A stretch of 64,000 nt of DNA from Spirochaetia bacterium (lineage in GTDB: Bacteria > Spirochaetota > Spirochaetia > SZUA-6 > Bin103). The notes under the pieces are model-generated. The model saw nothing but the letters and a program-made list of their open reading frames with translations. It had not been told where the DNA came from and made no database searches. Position 1 is the first letter of the stretch. Every line of letters begins with the position of its first letter. Positions 60,509 to 64,000 of this stretch are shown one piece after another. Location of the stretch: the NCBI GenBank assembly GCA_965203905.1, contig CBDBDQ010000005.1:608001-672000 (forward strand), in the 5' to 3' direction. Made by a program: the position numbers and the translations under genes.

Positions 60509-61795
60509 TCAGCCGCGCGCTGCTGCTTGCACTTCGGCGAGAAAGCCGTGCCGGGTGAGCATGCGCAGCCAGCGCGGCGCGTTGCGCTCGACGACGAGCT
60601 TTTCGTAGTCGATGTCCGGATCGGTGTACGGCCGATCATCACGCAGTACGGCGTGGATTACTCGCAACAGCTTGTGGGCACTGGCGAGGATGGCCTTTTT
60701 GTAGCCGATGCGCCCGGCCAACATCCGGTGATGGCCGTAGAACTGCGAACTCTTGGTCCGCACCGCCCCGTGGGCGCACTCGGCCAGCGTGGCGCGCAGC
60801 GTCGGATTCCCTTTCCGCGCGCGCCCGGAGCGACGTTTGCCGGCGCTGTTGTTGTTCCCCGGGGCCACGCCGGCCCAGGGGCCGATAGAACACGCTTTGC
60901 GGAACGCCCCCAGGTCCGGCCCGATCTCGGCCAGGATGGTGCAGGCACTGCCGTAATCGATACCCGGAATCGTTTGCAGCAGCCGTAGCGAGCGTTGGTA
61001 ATCGGCCAGTACGGTCCGGATGCGCTTGTCCAGCGCCACCAGGGCGGTGTCGGCGCGGTCGACGGCCTCCATCTGCATGCCCAGCGCGAACAGCGCGAGC
61101 GGGTCGAGCGTGGCGGCCAGTGCCTGGGTCAGCGGCGCCAGCTTGGCGGCCACGTGGTGCGTCAGATTGGCCAGGATGTAACGCGGCGAGTGCCCGGCAA
61201 CCAACCCGTCGAGGATGCGCCGCCCGTTGACGCCGAAGATGTCGCTCAACACGCCGCCGAGCCGCAAGCCGTCGTGGTCAAGAGTCTTGTGGACCCGGTT
61301 GCGCGCCCGGCTGCGCTCGTCGACCAGTTTGCGGCGGTAGCGGGTCAACTGCCGCAGCTGCCGGAACAGACGTGGCGGAACGTAGCTCGGCAACGCCAGA
61401 CCAAACTGGCAGATACGCGCCAGCCACAGGCTGTCGTTGACATCCGTCTTCTTCCCGCGGATCTGCTTGACCTGCTGCGCATGGTGCAGATCGGCCTGGA
61501 TGCCCGCGTCTTCGAGCGCCTCGAACGGCGCCTTCCAGTAGACCCCGGTGCCTTCCATGGCCGCTGCCGTGACGCCGTGTCCGCACAGCCACTCGGTCAT
61601 GGCGCGCAGGCCGTCCGGCAGCGCGCTGAACTCCCGCGTAGCCGTGCGCGCCGGTCCGCTACCGGCCTCGCACAGCCGCACCGTGGCGGTGACGTGCATC
61701 TTGTGCACGTCGAGGCCGGCAGCGCGGGCACACACCACGTGCATGTCATCGGTGCACAAGGTGTCGCGGTCGCTGTCGACAGTGGTGTAACTCAT
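60509..61795 (-). CDS. IS110 recombinase/transposase
   Basis: GLDVHK, MEGTG.YW, KTD.ND DEDD motifs, IPGI, NSAGK. Confidence 0.95.
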   Translation of the reverse strand: MSYTTVDSDRDTLCTDDMHVVCARAAGLDVHKMHVTATVRLCEAGSGPARTATREFSALPDGLRAMTEWLCGHGVTAAAMEGTGVYWKAPFEALEDAGIQADLHHAQQVKQIRGKKTDVNDSLWLARICQFGLALPSYVPPRLFRQLRQLTRYRRKLVDERSRARNRVHKTLDHDGLRLGGVLSDIFGVNGRRILDGLVAGHSPRYILANLTHHVAAKLAPLTQALAATLDPLALFALGMQMEAVDRADTALVALDKRIRTVLADYQRSLRLLQTIPGIDYGSACTILAEIGPDLGAFRKACSIGPWAGVAPGNNNSAGKRRSGRARKGNPTLRATLAECAHGAVRTKSSQFYGHHRMLAGRIGYKKAILASAHKLLRVIHAVLRDDRPYTDPDIDYEKLVVERNAPRWLRMLTRHGFLAEVQAAARG

Positions 61796-61799
61796 CAGC

Positions 61800-62115
61800 T
61801 ACCCTCCTTGACGGCGGAAGCGGGCGAGCACGCCGGGTGCAGGAAACACCCGCCGCCAAGCGGGGTTCGATTTGCTGCTCGTCCACGGCCACAGGCCGGG
61901 TACGGTTCGGGGCTCGATGCCCAGCGCGCAGCGTCAGTTTGACAACGGGGAAGGGAGTCGTCTCCCGCCACCGAAAAGAGCTACGACGACTGTGCCCGCT
62001 TCCGCCCCTTGAGGATGCCACGACACGCCTCCGCACCGAAACGCTTGAGACTCCGGGCCGACACGTCGTCCGCGTTTCATGTCGTCGGGGTGAGTGGTGC
62101 GCCGATCATGCAGGT
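61800..62115 (-). ncRNA. candidate IS110 bridge RNA region
   Basis: ~320-bp non-coding end 5' of the recombinase, with hairpins and short matches to target and donor. Confidence 0.6.
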
Positions 62116-62418
62116 TTGTCGGGTTCGAAGAGCCGGAGAACGGAGTCCATCCGGGACGCATCGCTTTGATCGCCGAACTGCTGAAGACCCAGGAGAGCTT
62201 CCGCAGAACCCAATACCTGATGACCACCCACTCTCCGCTTCTGCCGGATTTGCTGGAGGACCGGGCGCTCTTCGTCGTGCGTCGGACCAACAACAAGACA
62301 CAGGTCGACCCGTTCTCCACATGGGGTCCACTGGATCGCCGTTCAGGTATCGGGGAAGCGCTCGCCGACGGCGCATCGCAACTTTCCGTCTCAGAACGAA
62401 TTCTGAGAGGGGACTTTG

Positions 62419-62543
62419 ATGTATGAGATCGCGCTGTTTGGCGAAGACAACGCACATCGTCAGATCATTGACGCATTGGTACGGAAGATCGCCAATCAGC
62501 ATGGCATCACCGTCGAGTTGCGCTGGTCATACGTAAGTATCCT
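62419..62543 (+). pseudogene. DUF4276/TOPRIM-like partner gene truncated by IS66
   Basis: MYEIALFGED...; overlaps ATPase stop; interrupted at GTAAC. Confidence 0.6.
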
Positions 62544-64000
62544 GTAACTATTCAGCCTGGGTGGCGGGCGTGAGGCAAGGCGGGGTCGTCGGGTGGCCGT
62601 CAAAGACGTTCGTCAGGGCTTCCAGTACGTTCAGGCCGTTCTTGCGGATGGTGGAGATATAGGATCTGGCCCGGCAGAAGGCGACAGCTCCTGCGGCGCT
62701 CCGGAACGTCCCAGATATCTTCTGCTGCACTTTCATCATCCGTAGATCTCGTTCCGCCAGGTTGTTGTCGAACGGCACCCCAAAGTCATCCATGAACGCC
62801 AACACCTGGGGCCAGCGGCCGGCCAGCCGCAGCAGCAGGTTGCGCGCTTTGCTCTGCTTCTTGCGACCGCGTTTCTTGGCGCTGCCCGGAACCTCGGGGG
62901 GCGCCGGGTTGGCCTGCAGTCCGGCGTTGATGATGCGGTGGTAGGCGGCCACATAGCGCTCCCGTACCGACTCGGGGAGCTGGCGACGCTGCTCCTGGAC
63001 TGCTGCCTCCACCGCGCCCTTGATCTCCACCAGCAACTCGATCAGGGTCGCTGCCCAGTCCTGCCCGTACTGTTCGTGGATGAAGGTCAGCTCCCGCAGA
63101 TGATGGCCGTTACACAGTCCATGGTCGCAGGGGTAACCAAAGTAGCTCTGCCAGTTATCGTGCACCGCCGTGCCGCCAAACTCGGGCAAGATGCCGATCG
63201 CCGCGAACGCTTCCCGGCCCCGCTTGGCATGTCCCTCGTAGTAGGTCAACAACTCCGTGCTCGCCACGTGCAGCCAGTGCAACTCGCCACCGATGCTCAT
63301 CCCGGTCTCATCAAAACACACCACTGGCTGAGTTCTCAGGGCAGCACGGAGTTGCTCGTTGATCCCGCTCAAGCGCTCGCCGCAGCGCTCGTTGATGGTC
63401 ACCAAGGTTCCCACGCTCACCGGGATCGAAAATAGATCCGCGAACAGCTCGGCCGTGCGCTGATACGGCAGCAACCCATAGTTGCGCAGATATGCCGCTA
63501 CCGCTTGCAGCCGCGGGCCGTACTGCACCGGCTGCGTGACTGCGGCGGGGAACTCGGCGGCGTTGAGCTGGCCGCAGTCCGGGCAGCGCTTGCGCTCCGC
63601 TCGATGCTCGCTGACCGCCACCGGCAGCGGCGGCAGATCGAACACTTGGCGGCGCTCGTAGTCTGCCACTGGCTCACCGTACAGTGAGCAGCCACACCGG
63701 CAACGCTCCACCGGGTGGATGGCAATCGTGTCCGGCTGCGCCACTTGGCGCAGTGTGGCGCCGGCATGCTCAGGCTGACCGCCCGCCCGCTTGGCGGTGG
63801 CGCGCTTGCGGCGTGATTGCTTGCGGTTCAGTTGCTTGCGTTGGAAGCTGTCGCGTGACGGTGGCTTGCCGCTGTCGTGACTGTCCTGCTTCAGTTCCTT
63901 GAGTTCCTGCTCCAGCGCCGTGATCCGTTGCTCCTGCTGCTCGATGATCCCTTCGATCAAGGCTAGCACTGCTTCCGGGCCGGCCGCGTAGACCTTGAGA
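62544..64000 (-). mobile_element. IS66-family element (ISBst12-like), right end only
   Basis: terminal GTAACTATTCAGC at 62544; element runs off right edge. Confidence 0.85.
62548..64000 (-). CDS. IS66 transposase TnpC (5' end probably outside window)
   Basis: S.KPPS.D, GGQP.H.G, zinc finger, FDETG, VHD, DNNLAERDLR. Confidence 0.93.
   Translation of the reverse strand, partial: LKVYAAGPEAVLALIEGIIEQQEQRITALEQELKELKQDSHDSGKPPSRDSFQRKQLNRKQSRRKRATAKRAGGQPEHAGATLRQVAQPDTIAIHPVERCRCGCSLYGEPVADYERRQVFDLPPLPVAVSEHRAERKRCPDCGQLNAAEFPAAVTQPVQYGPRLQAVAAYLRNYGLLPYQRTAELFADLFSIPVSVGTLVTINERCGERLSGINEQLRAALRTQPVVCFDETGMSIGGELHWLHVASTELLTYYEGHAKRGREAFAAIGILPEFGGTAVHDNWQSYFGYPCDHGLCNGHHLRELTFIHEQYGQDWAATLIELLVEIKGAVEAAVQEQRRQLPESVRERYVAAYHRIINAGLQANPAPPEVPGSAKKRGRKKQSKARNLLLRLAGRWPQVLAFMDDFGVPFDNNLAERDLRMMKVQQKISGTFRSAAGAVAFCRARSYISTIRKNGLNVLEALTNVFDGHPTTPPCLTPATQAE

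Larger units (their letters stand above)
60355..62118 (-). mobile_element. IS110-family element (1764 bp including one TTG core)
   Basis: TTG at 60352-60354 and 62116-62118; removal restores host reading frame. Confidence 0.88.
60035..62426 (+). pseudogene. AAA_21 ATPase, internally deleted and split by IS110
   Basis: MLKRVQVRGYKSL start; LSEG.LR; PPAL|VGFEEPENGVHP rejoins in frame across the IS; TTHSP. Confidence 0.85.

Overview
High-GC bacterial chromosomal window. The gene content (sialidase-like and GH32-like hydrolases, a phytanoyl-CoA dioxygenase, TPR-ATPases, many ABC transporters) resembles host-associated, e.g. sponge-symbiont, bacteria; this is inference only. The left half (1-27.6 kb) is a decaying accessory mosaic. 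It holds two pairs of ABC exporters, NUDIX/GNAT/HAD/methyltransferase genes and pseudogenes, stacked 5'-truncated group II intron 3' ends, a direct-repeat-flanked collagen/trypsin lipoprotein, and an NCS2 permease fused to an RsbW-like domain. It also holds a complete 4157-bp IS21-family element (6-bp TSD) that carries an internal array of ~340-bp tandem repeats and sits inside a group II intron remnant. The right half has a sialidase-like gene, an alcohol dehydrogenase, ppk2-HAD, a Phd/VapC TA pair, an FMN riboswitch with a ribD/ribE-ribB fusion/ribH/AKR operon, a STAND-like ATPase-TPR gene, DtxR-amidase, an AAA_21+DUF4276 pair, hisD, and an ABC importer with GH32. A second AAA_21+partner locus is broken by an IS110 (candidate bridge-RNA guides visible) and an IS66.
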